The position numbers and the translations under genes were made by a program. Of a DNA stretch of 64,000 nucleotides, positions 28,417-37,297 are shown one piece after another. The stretch comes from a virus (taxonomy: Duplodnaviria; Caudoviricetes), in IMG/VR virus record IMGVR_UViG_3300031912_000871, positions 23,322 to 87,321 of that record; one strand, given 5' to 3'. The notes under the pieces are model-generated. The model worked only from the letters and a program-made list of their open reading frames with translations. It ran no database searches and had not been told where the DNA came from. Within the stretch, counting starts at the first letter, position 1. Every line of letters starts with the position of its first letter.

Positions 28417-28631
28417 GGCCGCGTGTCGCTGTCCGGCTCTTCCAGGCGGGCGTACCCCGCCCAGACCCACGACTGCGCCACGTCGACCGGCACGGTCAGC
28501 TTGTCGCCCGGCTTGTAGCTCTTGCCGTCGTAGTCGTGGAAGTGCGACAGGACCACCTTGACGCCCGTCTCGGCGGCCTGCTGCGTCTCGGTCGGGGTCT
28601 CCTCGGCGGGTGCCGGGTTACTGCGTGCCAT
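28413..28631 (-). CDS. Small virion-associated protein
   Basis: ATG 28631 with GGAGG; VKVVLSHFHDYDGKSYKPGDKLTVPVDVAQSWVWAGYA. Confidence 0.65.
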   Translation of the reverse strand: MARSNPAPAEETPTETQQAAETGVKVVLSHFHDYDGKSYKPGDKLTVPVDVAQSWVWAGYARLEEPDSDTRP

Positions 28632-28700
28632 CGCTGCCTCCAGGTGCTCGACGGCCCGCACGATAGGCGGCCAGAGCCGGTAGCGTCCCGGGCCGCCCGT

Positions 28701-29222
28701 CTACTTGGCGCGCAGCCGGCGAGCCACCTCGGACACAGCCCGGCCCATGAAGCGGGCCGCCTCGTCCTTGTCGGTGCCGAACTCGGACTCCACCACCCGG
28801 TGGCCGTGGCAGGTGACCGTTCCCTCCACCCGTGAGCCGGACACCCGGACCGGGTGGGCGTGGATGTTCCGGGCGATGCCATCCGGGTCCTTCACCGCCT
28901 GGCAGCGGCAGTTCTCCGTCAGCCCCGGAGTGCCCTCCCGGTCGCGGGGCTCCCGCAGCTGCTGGTGCGGGCCGGCGCCGTAGTGGTGCTGGTCGTACTC
29001 CGGGGACTGGAGCACGAACCGCAGGTTGTCGGGCTGCTCCTGGCCGTGGGCCTCCCGGTGCTCGGGCCGGACCACCGCGTCACCCTTGGACACCCACGTC
29101 TTCGTCGGCGGGGCGTTGCGCTGCGCCGCGTCGGCCAGGTCATCGGTGATGCGCTGCACGCGGGGCGCGATCAGCCGCGCGATCGCCTCCTCCAAGCCCG
29201 GACGGGGCCGGTACCGGGTCAC
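28701..29222 (-). CDS. Neck (HK97 gp10-position) protein carrying a MuF-like C-terminal motif block
   Basis: KTWVSKGDAVVRPEH...LREPRD...ENCRC inside an otherwise gp10-like frame (ESEFGT...FMGRAV). Confidence 0.6.
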   Translation of the reverse strand: MTRYRPRPGLEEAIARLIAPRVQRITDDLADAAQRNAPPTKTWVSKGDAVVRPEHREAHGQEQPDNLRFVLQSPEYDQHHYGAGPHQQLREPRDREGTPGLTENCRCQAVKDPDGIARNIHAHPVRVSGSRVEGTVTCHGHRVVESEFGTDKDEAARFMGRAVSEVARRLRAK

Positions 29223-29596
29223 GTCACGCTCCTCACCGGGTAGCCCCGGTCGACGTCCGGCGGGTCCTGCACCGCGGTCACCGCCACGTAGTCCACGTCC
29301 GAGTGCCCGGCGACCTGATGGCGCAGGGGAGTGCCGGTCACCACCCACCGCCGGTCGTCGGCGACCCGGGTGATGACGTCCCCGGCCGCGACCGGCCAGA
29401 GTGCAGGGTCGAGGCGCAGCGACCAGGATCCGTCGACCTGCCGCGTCGCCGCCCCGTCGGCCGGGCCGACCGGCGTCGGCGGCGGTCCGGGCATGGGGGT
29501 GCCGTGCGCGTCGCGAGGTTGCGGGTGGACTTCCTGGAGGAGCAGGTACAAGCCGTCCGCGAGCAGCACCGCCACAGTCACCACCTCCGCCTGCAT
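29219..29596 (-). CDS. Head closure/head-tail protein
   Basis: WSLRLDPALWPVAAGDVITRVADDRRWVVTG; neck-gene position. Confidence 0.6.
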   Translation of the reverse strand: MQAEVVTVAVLLADGLYLLLQEVHPQPRDAHGTPMPGPPPTPVGPADGAATRQVDGSWSLRLDPALWPVAAGDVITRVADDRRWVVTGTPLRHQVAGHSDVDYVAVTAVQDPPDVDRGYPVRSVT

Positions 29597-29621
29597 GGTG
29601 CCGGGCGAGGTGGAGTTGCGT

Positions 29622-30625
29622 CCTGGAGGCGAGCCTCCAAAAGCGACTTTTTTGCCGCTACGAATGTCACCTTCTTCGCACAGCCGTTCGATGCGAAAGG
29701 CTGATTTTTCAGGCACTTTCCGTGCTCAATGCGCCCTTCGCTCCGCATATGTCCACGTAGACGCCCTCATTGGTGACCCTCTGTGTTCCGAACACTACGC
29801 GCACAAGGTTGCGGAGGATGACCATGCGCGGCATAGGGTGTACCCCGATCCACAGCGGCGGACCTCTGGTCTGCGTCACGGTCTACGCTATGGGTCGCAC
29901 CACGCTGATCCGTCTCGCCTTGCTGTCCCCCGGGGGGCAAGGACGCTCCCGAACCACCAGGAGTGCGACGGAGAGGACTGTGGTGGGAACACCCAACCGC
30001 CGGCGATGCTGCCGGCACTGCAAAACAGCTCGGCGGAAGGCCACCGATCGGTGGCGGAACGCCGAGCGAGCGGCGAACCTCCTCGCGAGGATCGCCGTGA
30101 TCGTCGAAGCGGCGCACCAGGTCGCTCGCGACGCCGGGCTGATGTGACCGGTCACGGTCATCGACGCCCGAAACGGGTGTGACCCCACCTAAACGGCAGG
30201 GTCACGATTCCGTGCGGTTAGGGCAAGCGGATCCCCGCTGGGTGGCCGCCCAGTGGAACAAGGGTCCGCTTGTTCCTATTTACGGGCCATGTTACGGCCC
30301 GGTATCGCCCTCGCAGGTTACTCCAGAGTTCTGGATGAGCCTGACAGGAGCGAAGTGTGGCACAGCGTTCGTTGTGGCGAAAGCCCCGGGGGCGGCGCAA
30401 GTTGCCCCGGTCAAGATTCTCACAGCGCCGAGGTGAGCAGCTTGCTGAGCAGGAGAAACGGCCTTCACCTGCGCAAAGGCGTGTCCTAGGACGGACTAAA
30501 CGGCACGCGGTGTGTCACACGCCCGAGGCGCCTACCCGCCGGTAGTTTGTTGGGCGGTGAGCCCGGCCTGGAACGTCCGGACCCACCACCAACACCCCAC
30601 TAGGGGAAACGACCCCCCCGGATCG
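29622..30625 (-). ncRNA. Candidate ~1 kb structured non-coding RNA (strand partly uncertain)
   Basis: No ORF with phage-like protein character; more than 20 short stems; late-promoter motif at 30652 points into it; closing hairpin at 29624-29639. Confidence 0.55.
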
Positions 30626-30632
30626 TGAGCGC

Positions 30633-30662
30633 ACAGTATCGACCGTCCTGACGTAGCGTCCC
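30633..30662 (-). promoter_or_regulatory. Late-promoter motif copy driving the non-coding region
   Basis: GGGACGCTACG (30652-30662), 13 nt, TACTGT (30633-30638); same geometry as other copies. Confidence 0.7.
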
Positions 30663-30679
30663 TCGCCAAGATCACAGCG

Positions 30680-31273
30680 CTACAGCCAGGGCAAACCATC
30701 ACCGGGAATGGTCTCGGCGCGATCCGACCGCTGCCACGCCAGCCCATCGGCGGACCGCCAGAAGTCGAGCGACGTCAGCGGCGGCACGCCCGCCGTCGGC
30801 GCCGCACTAGCCCCCGGGATCGGCTCGTACGACACGGACTGTCCCTCGGCGCTGACCGACCTCACCTCGCGCCCGGCGGACCCGGAGAGCCGACGTACCG
30901 CTGGGTGAACCTGCGCCGCCGCTGTCACCCACTCCCGGATCGCCGCGTACTGCGGCTCCCGGCCGTCGAGGCCCGTCTCGTACACGACGGTGAAAAACCC
31001 GGTCTCCCACCCGGTCGGGTCGGTCTCCGGCGTCACCGACACGATCCGGGCGGGCGGGTGCTCCAGCGGCCATCCGGAGTCGAGCGGCCGGACCCCGCGC
31101 TGCGTGAGCTGCACCGGCACCACCATGCGCCGCAGGTAGCCCTCGGCCGCCGCGGTGGCGGCCCGGATCGCCGCTTCCACCGCGAACTGCACCTGTTCCT
31201 CGGTGGGGTCGAGCCCGGCCAGCCGGGCCACCTGGTCGACGGGCACGATCAGCGGGGGAAGCGGCGCCGTCAC
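30680..31273 (-). CDS. Head-tail adaptor
   Basis: AIRAATAAAEGYLRR, EVRSVSAEGQSVSY; typical position after capsid. Confidence 0.7.
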   Translation of the reverse strand: MTAPLPPLIVPVDQVARLAGLDPTEEQVQFAVEAAIRAATAAAEGYLRRMVVPVQLTQRGVRPLDSGWPLEHPPARIVSVTPETDPTGWETGFFTVVYETGLDGREPQYAAIREWVTAAAQVHPAVRRLSGSAGREVRSVSAEGQSVSYEPIPGASAAPTAGVPPLTSLDFWRSADGLAWQRSDRAETIPGDGLPWL

Positions 31274-31276
31274 CGA

Positions 31277-31852
31277 TCAGCCCTCGGTTGCAGGGGCGGC
31301 GGCGCGGGCCAGCGCGATCGCCTCCAGCGCGGTCGCCCGGTTGACCTCCGTGCCTTTCGGGAACGCCAGCGACATCAGCTCGGTCCGGGAGTTGCCGCGC
31401 CGGATCAGGGCGTTCGCGCGGACCTTCGCCACCACGATCGTGCCGACCCCGGACATGTCGAACAGGTCGTCGGGGTCGATCGGGTTGCCGGCGTCGTCCA
31501 CATAGCCCAGGAAGGCGTCCGCGTCGGCGGGCGCCACCGGGGCCGGTGCGACCAGCGGTGCCGCGGGAGCGGTGTTCGGGCTCGCCGGCGGGGCGAGCGG
31601 AGCGGCGGCTGGTTGAGGCGCGGCGGCCGGGGCCTGCGCGGTCGGCGGTGCCTGCTCGGTCGGCGGTGCCAGCGGTGCGGATGGCTCCGGCGTGCTGCTC
31701 GGGGCCTGCGCGGCGGCCGGGGCCTGCGTGCTGGTCGAGGGCTGCTCGGCCGGCTGAGCGGCGCCCTCCGCCTGGCCGCTTGGCTCGGCGGTCTCCTTGG
31801 GCGCGGTCGGCGCGGCCGGCGCGGTGGCCTTCCTGGCGGTGCTGCGGCTCAT
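31277..31852 (-). CDS. Pro/Ala-rich virion-associated protein
   Basis: ATG 31852; low-complexity N-half, globular C-half; own late promoter at 31907. Confidence 0.65.
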   Translation of the reverse strand: MSRSTARKATAPAAPTAPKETAEPSGQAEGAAQPAEQPSTSTQAPAAAQAPSSTPEPSAPLAPPTEQAPPTAQAPAAAPQPAAAPLAPPASPNTAPAAPLVAPAPVAPADADAFLGYVDDAGNPIDPDDLFDMSGVGTIVVAKVRANALIRRGNSRTELMSLAFPKGTEVNRATALEAIALARAAAPATEG

Positions 31853-31920
31853 CAGGATCTCCTGCTGACGGGTGACGGATCGTCCCGCACCGTACGGCCG
31901 CAACCGGCTAACGTCCCCGG

Positions 31921-32199
31921 CTAGAACACCACGTCCTCTGGCGTGGGGCCGGGCGGCGGCACCGAGGGAGGGTCGCCGGTGATCGTCAGCGGCCCGGGTA
32001 CGACGTGCAGCACCACCAGGTACTGCCACACGGGGTCCGTGGCGCTCAGCGGCGCGTACGCCGGCCCGGTTGGGGTGATCGGCACCGCCCGCCCCTCGAA
32101 CGCGGTCAGGTCCGCGAACGTCGCGTCGTCGCAGTCCAGCTGCCCGTTCTCGCCGAGCGCCGCCCACCGGCCGTCTCGGCCTTCCACACGCCAGGTCAC
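31921..32199 (-). CDS. Small partner protein (possible immunity)
   Basis: GTGA overlap with the peptidase gene; 92 aa, ends PTPEDVVF. Confidence 0.6.
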   Translation of the reverse strand: MTWRVEGRDGRWAALGENGQLDCDDATFADLTAFEGRAVPITPTGPAYAPLSATDPVWQYLVVLHVVPGPLTITGDPPSVPPPGPTPEDVVF

Positions 32200-33782
32200 C
32201 GGCTCCTCCGCTTCCTCTTCGGCTTCGTGGTCTCGGTACGGGCGAGGGTAGCCAGCACACCCAGGGTGAAGTGCTGCAACTCGTCGTCGCCGAAGCGCGG
32301 GTTCCGGCCGAAGGTGTCCTGCAACCCGACCTGGAACACCTCCCACGGCCGAGCGCCCGGGTCGGGGTCCTGCACGAACGGCCGACCGTTGACGCGCCCG
32401 ATCTGCTCGTACGACTTGCCCGCGTACGGGTTGCGCCAGTCGTCCGGGAAGGCCACCTCCCGCTCGTCGTAGCCGCTGTGCCGCACGATGTCCTTCAGCC
32501 GGGCCAGTGGCTCCAGGCTGCTGCCGCGCATGGACCGGCGCCGCACGAACGTGAACTCGAGTTCCTGCAACCCGGGCACCATCATCTCCATGCGGTGGCC
32601 CATCTCGTGGACGTTCACCTCGTGCGTGTAGTCCCGGAACGCGCCGATGTAGACGTCCTGGTCGCGTGCTGTGACCGGCATGGCCAGCAAGGACGAGTCG
32701 TGGCCCCGTCCACCCGCGTGGAAGGCCCGCTGGCTGGACGCGATCCGCAGCTCGGCCTTGGCCGACAGACTCAGCCAGTCGTCGGGGAAGTACGCCTCCG
32801 CCTCCCGCAGCCGCGCCTCCCAGTCTGGACGGGCGGCCTCAGCGCCATACACGCGGCGGCTGCTCTCTCCAGCCGGGGCGGCCTTATGCCGCACACCGCC
32901 GAACGGCCTCACCGAGGCGAGCAGCTGCTTCAGTAGCTCATGCTCCCGGCGGGTCTGTGCCTTCTGCGCCGCGTTCCGCCGGGCCATCAGGTCGTGCCGG
33001 CCCGGGTCCTGGGCGGCGAACGCCTTCCGGATCGCCTCGGGGCCCAGCTCCCCGTCGAGCTTCCGTTGCAGGTCGTTGTACTCCTTGTCGCGGCGCTTCG
33101 CGTCGAGGAAGTCGTCGTGCAGCGCCTTCCCGGCCTCCAGCACCTGGTCGAGGGCCTTGTGGTACTCCTCGGGCGGCAGCACCCGGCCCACCGGGTCCTT
33201 CGGGTAGACCATCTCGACCTGCGCCGCAAGCATGTTGCCGAGACCACGGTTGGAGGGCTTCGCCAGCTCCTCCGGGTTTTCGGCGATGCCACGCATCCAG
33301 GCCAGCTGGGACTCCGCCATAGCCACGTCGCGGATCTCGTCGGCGAGCCGGTCGTTGGCGATCTGCTCCCGCTTCGACTTCGGGGTGCGCTTGCGCCGGA
33401 ACTCGTCGGCCAGCTCGGCGCGCCGCTTCGCGAGAGTGTCCCGGACGGCGGCCAGCTCCGCTTCGAGCTCAGCGACCCGCCGGTCGACGGCCCGCTCTGC
33501 CGGGCGGATCTCCTTGCGCACCGCGGACCGCCACCCGGCCTCGTCTGCGGGCAGCGCCTGACGTGCCCGCTGCGCCGCCTCCCACGCCCGAGTGGACGCG
33601 ACGTGGTTGCGGGCGGACGGCCGGCGGGGCCGTTTCGGGCCGCCCGGCTTCGGGATGAACCGGCCGGTGCGCGGGTCACGAGGGTGGTCCTCGGCTCGCC
33701 ACAGCTTCACCGCGTAGCGGGCGTAGCCGAGCGGTGTGAGTAGGGGTGCCACCACCTGGTAGCGGGCCCGCGTCGACAGCAT
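32196..33782 (-). CDS. Head-associated protein with HPRD motif, coiled coil and C-terminal HExxH metallopeptidase-like domain
   Basis: ATG 33782 with AGGAG; WRAEDHPRDPRTGRFIPK; VHEMGHRME; NPYAGKSY...WEVFQVGLQ. Confidence 0.75.
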   Translation of the reverse strand: MLSTRARYQVVAPLLTPLGYARYAVKLWRAEDHPRDPRTGRFIPKPGGPKRPRRPSARNHVASTRAWEAAQRARQALPADEAGWRSAVRKEIRPAERAVDRRVAELEAELAAVRDTLAKRRAELADEFRRKRTPKSKREQIANDRLADEIRDVAMAESQLAWMRGIAENPEELAKPSNRGLGNMLAAQVEMVYPKDPVGRVLPPEEYHKALDQVLEAGKALHDDFLDAKRRDKEYNDLQRKLDGELGPEAIRKAFAAQDPGRHDLMARRNAAQKAQTRREHELLKQLLASVRPFGGVRHKAAPAGESSRRVYGAEAARPDWEARLREAEAYFPDDWLSLSAKAELRIASSQRAFHAGGRGHDSSLLAMPVTARDQDVYIGAFRDYTHEVNVHEMGHRMEMMVPGLQELEFTFVRRRSMRGSSLEPLARLKDIVRHSGYDEREVAFPDDWRNPYAGKSYEQIGRVNGRPFVQDPDPGARPWEVFQVGLQDTFGRNPRFGDDELQHFTLGVLATLARTETTKPKRKRRSR

Positions 33783-33818
33783 GGTGCTCCTCACCGAGGC
33801 AGGGGACAGGGCTGGTAC

Positions 33819-33858
33819 GAGGCGGGGCCGCAGGAGAACGTCCTGCGGCCCCGCCCTC
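33819..33858 (-). terminator. Hairpin after major capsid gene
   Basis: GCGGGGCCGCAGGA-gaacg-TCCTGCGGCCCCGC 14-bp stem. Confidence 0.7.
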
Positions 33859-33868
33859 ACGTGCCTCG

Positions 33869-35224
33869 TCAGCCGACGTGCAGGGTGCCCTGCACGAACG
33901 CCTCCGGCCGGTCCACGGTCAGACCGACCCGCTCGTGGCCCTTCAGGGTCACGCCGTCGCGCTCGAACAGGTCCTGGTTCTCCGTCGACACGTCGACCTG
34001 GACGCTGCGCCGGTCGAACAGCTGCGCGCCCAGCCCGAACGCACCGAGCAGGTACCGGCCCTCCGGCATCGCGGTGGTCGCGACGACCGGCAGCCGCCAC
34101 ACCCGCTCCTCGGCGCCGACGGCGATGGAGGTGACCAGGGTCAGGCGACCGTTGTCGTCGGTCTCCAGCTCCATGTCCTCCCAGTCCAGCGGGTTGATGA
34201 TGATCCCGGTGGGGGCCATCTCGGCCAGCTGGACGCGGGTGATCGCCCGCCGCAGCGTGACGGTCTTCTTCTCCGACGGGTTGCCGGAGTTCAGCGGCTG
34301 GTTGTAGGTCTGCACGCCGGTCGTGTTGAGGATGCCGCGGATGTTGGCACCCTGACCGTTACCGAAGAGGATCTGGTCGTCCTCCTCCAGCCGCACGCCC
34401 TCGATCAGCTGCCGGTTGATCAGGCCGCGCATGCGCGGCTCGTCGTCCAGGGTCTGCTGGTGGGCGTACATGACGTGGCTGATGGTGGCCAGCGGGTACG
34501 TGACCACCTCCAGCGTGAGCTTGCTGCGGGGCGCGCGACCGAACACGTCGGTGTCGCCACCGGTCGGGGCGCTGGTGCCGTCGGCGGCGGTACGCTCCCG
34601 CACCGCGGCGGCGTTGTTCACGAAACCGGTCTGCCGGATGCCGTAGAGGATCGCGGCGGTGGTCTCGTCCGGCGGGAACAGGTTCCGCACGTGCATCAGG
34701 CGGGGCAGCTTCTCCACCAGGGGCCGCTGCTGGTGGTTGCCGAGGGCCTGCACGCCGGTCAGGTTGCCGGCCATCGCGGAGAAGACGTCCTTCGCGCCGA
34801 TCTCCCCGGCGTCGACGCCCTTGCGGAACATGCTCTCGCCGTCGACCTCGAAGGTCATGCGACCCCGGTAGCCGCGGCCCTTGTACTCGGCCCACGACTC
34901 CGAGGCGAGGAACTGCTCGCCGAGGCTCTGCCCGCCGTTCATCGCGTGGTGGGCGGCGCTCGCGGCGCCGGCGACCGACCCGCCTTCGGGGGCGTCGAGC
35001 CACTCCCGCAGGCCCGCGTTGCTGGCCTTGGCGTCGATCAGCGCCTTCAGCGTCTTCGCCTCTTCGGTGGCCGCGAGGTACGCCTTGGCCTGGTCACCGT
35101 GGAGGCTGACCTTGCCGTCCTTCACCTCGAACGCGCCGGTCATGGCGTCGATCTCGGCGGTCTTCTCCTTCAGCGCGTTCTTGAGACCGGTGATCTCGTC
35201 GCGCACCTTCGTGCTGGTGGTCAT
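33869..35224 (-). CDS. Major capsid protein, HK97 fold, with N-terminal delta domain
   Basis: Coiled N-terminus, SLGEQFLASE, EEDDQILFGNGQGANIRGILN, IIINPLDWEDM, ERVGLTVDRPEAFV; RBS GGGAGA. Confidence 0.93.
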   Translation of the reverse strand: MTTSTKVRDEITGLKNALKEKTAEIDAMTGAFEVKDGKVSLHGDQAKAYLAATEEAKTLKALIDAKASNAGLREWLDAPEGGSVAGAASAAHHAMNGGQSLGEQFLASESWAEYKGRGYRGRMTFEVDGESMFRKGVDAGEIGAKDVFSAMAGNLTGVQALGNHQQRPLVEKLPRLMHVRNLFPPDETTAAILYGIRQTGFVNNAAAVRERTAADGTSAPTGGDTDVFGRAPRSKLTLEVVTYPLATISHVMYAHQQTLDDEPRMRGLINRQLIEGVRLEEDDQILFGNGQGANIRGILNTTGVQTYNQPLNSGNPSEKKTVTLRRAITRVQLAEMAPTGIIINPLDWEDMELETDDNGRLTLVTSIAVGAEERVWRLPVVATTAMPEGRYLLGAFGLGAQLFDRRSVQVDVSTENQDLFERDGVTLKGHERVGLTVDRPEAFVQGTLHVG

Positions 35225-35388
35225 GGTGGTCTCCCAGATGGGCACGGATTCGTTGTCGTGCCCGGGCGGGAGGCGTCGCGTCGGCCCGGCCACCGCCGGG
35301 AACGCCCGCAGGCCGATCGCCCGTGGCTGCCCGGAAACGTAGAGGCGGGCCGGGGTTAACGTCCCCGGCCCGCCCGTTACCCGTTCGG

Positions 35389-37239
35389 TCAGTCGCGCAG
35401 CGCCGCCAGGTCAGCCTGCATCTGCTCGAAGTCGAGCACCATGCTGTCGTCCGGCTCGCCGGTCTTCTCCTCCACCTGGCCGCCGGTCTTCTCACCCGGC
35501 TCGCCGTCGGGGTCGAGCACCGCGCCCAGGTCCACGCCCGCCTCGGTGAGCGCGTCCAGCAGCTGCCCGACCGACGCGGCGAGCCGCTCCGACCCATCAC
35601 CGGCAACCTGGGCGCCCTTCACCCCGGCCGCGTCGGCGGCCACCGCCAGGGACAACTGCGCGGTCGCGTCGGCCAGCAGCTCGGCGACCGACGCGACGGT
35701 CGCCTCCGCCACCTCCGGCACGTCGCCGGACTTGGTGGCCGGCACCACCTGGGCGACCAGCTGCACCCGCAGCATCTCCCCGAAGCTGATCGTCCCGTCC
35801 TCGCCGACGGTGTAGGGGATCTGCCAGGTCTGCGTCTCCCCGTCGTCGCGGGGCGACCGGTTGACGACCACGTGGTCGTCCCAGGTACCCACGACGTACA
35901 CCCACCACTCCGGCTGCCCGTGCTGATCCCTCGGCCCGGCCAGTGCCTGCCGGGCGGCCTCCCGCAGCGCGTCCCGCCGCTCCTCGTACGAGCCGGGAAG
36001 CACGTCCCTGACCTTGGTTTCCAGCGTCACCGAAGCGCCCTTCTCGCCGGTGTCACCGGCGGTCTCCTCGTCGCCCACCTCGTCGGTGAGCGCATCGTCG
36101 TCCACCGCCAGCTCCAGGTCCCCATCGAGCTCCGGGTACACCTCGGCGGTCTTCTTCCCTCGCTGCGCGGCCGACCACTTGCGGCGCCGCTCCCGCTCGG
36201 CGTCCCGCGCGGAGTCGAACGCCTCCTGCCACTGGCGGCGCCGTTCCCGCTCCGCCGCCTGGAGTTCCTTCTTCGTCTCGCCGGTCGCGGCCTCGACCGT
36301 CCGGTCGGCGTCCGCGCGCCGTATGCGCTCGGCGGCCCGCTCCCGGTCGAACGCGGCCTGCACCTTGTCCCGCCGGGCCGCCTCGGCGTCGCGTTCCTTC
36401 TTCCGCGCCGCCCCGTCGCCCGACCCGGAGCTGCCCGAACCACCGCTGCCCTCGACGAGCGCGCGGTCGCCGCCGAGGACCCGCTTCAGCCAGTCCGGGC
36501 CGAGCTTGGCGTTCGGGTCGCCGCCCGGCCCGGCCGGGGCCGCGCCGCCGGACCCGCCGGCCGTCCACTGGCCGGAGGCGTCGCGGGGCTGCGACGGGTC
36601 GAACTTGGCCTCCAGCTCGTCCGGCTGGTCCAAGGCGGCACCGAACCCGCCGCCCGTCGCGTCCTTCACGCCGAGGGTGGACGTCTGGGTGTTCGCGCCG
36701 TGCAGCACATCGGACCACTCGAAGAAGTCGACCTTCGCCATCACCCGCGCGCCGTCGCCCTTGCGGCGGGTGACGTGGCCCGGCACCGCCCGGTAGCCGA
36801 TCGACCACTGGCCCTCGTCCGCGTAGAACTTCGCGTTCGAGTAGCCCTCCTTGCCGTCCTTCGTGTCCAGGTTGTACTGGCCCTTGATGTACAGCGCCCC
36901 GGCTTCCTTCGGCCACGGGGAGCCGTCCGGCAGGGTCTTCGGCAGCCGGGAGTCACCCGGCAGCCACTCCTCCTGGACGAGGGTCTTCGCGGCCATCCGA
37001 GCCCAGTCGTGGTGCCGGACACCCTTGCTCTTGCGCCTGGCGAGCGTGTCGGCGTACGCGCCGGGGGTGATGATGTCGCCCTGGTCGTCCTTGATGCCGG
37101 TGATCGACACCAGGCACTCCACGATGCCGTGCTCGTCGTCGTGGTCGAGCAGCACACCGGACGCGCCGGCGGCCTTGTACTCCAGCTGCGGCGGCGGAGC
37201 CGACAGGTCGAGGTCGGCGGTGCCGGCAGATGCTCCCAT
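35389..37239 (-). CDS. HK97-type prohead protease with long inserted/scaffold regions
   Basis: GIVECLVSITGIKDDQGDIITPGAY, HHDW, QWSIGY, FEWSDVLHGAN. Confidence 0.85.
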   Translation of the reverse strand: MGASAGTADLDLSAPPPQLEYKAAGASGVLLDHDDEHGIVECLVSITGIKDDQGDIITPGAYADTLARRKSKGVRHHDWARMAAKTLVQEEWLPGDSRLPKTLPDGSPWPKEAGALYIKGQYNLDTKDGKEGYSNAKFYADEGQWSIGYRAVPGHVTRRKGDGARVMAKVDFFEWSDVLHGANTQTSTLGVKDATGGGFGAALDQPDELEAKFDPSQPRDASGQWTAGGSGGAAPAGPGGDPNAKLGPDWLKRVLGGDRALVEGSGGSGSSGSGDGAARKKERDAEAARRDKVQAAFDRERAAERIRRADADRTVEAATGETKKELQAAERERRRQWQEAFDSARDAERERRRKWSAAQRGKKTAEVYPELDGDLELAVDDDALTDEVGDEETAGDTGEKGASVTLETKVRDVLPGSYEERRDALREAARQALAGPRDQHGQPEWWVYVVGTWDDHVVVNRSPRDDGETQTWQIPYTVGEDGTISFGEMLRVQLVAQVVPATKSGDVPEVAEATVASVAELLADATAQLSLAVAADAAGVKGAQVAGDGSERLAASVGQLLDALTEAGVDLGAVLDPDGEPGEKTGGQVEEKTGEPDDSMVLDFEQMQADLAALRD

Positions 37240-37297
37240 GAGCGTGCCTCCAGATGGGCGGGCAGAGTCTGCCCGGCATGGTCGCTCCGCCGCCGGG

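Noticed and set aside
29767-30545. ORFs 29770-30147(+), 29767-30117(-), 29883-30188(-), 30179-30436(+), 30253-30489(+), 30218-30400(-)
   Set aside because: Overlapping frames with Arg/Pro/Cys-rich GC-shadow composition, no motif, no convincing RBS. Not fully excluded without homology data.
30212-30660. Group II intron (GUGCG at 30212) or group I intron (GGACUA near 30493)
   Set aside because: No domain V hairpin, no ordered P/Q/R/S set, no interrupted gene or intron ORF recognised.
33834-33844. Late-promoter copy GAGAACGTCCT, also CATAACGTCCT at 15362 and AGTTGCGTCCT at 29614
   Set aside because: Degenerate; the first lies in a terminator hairpin without a correctly spaced -10. Not counted among the copies.
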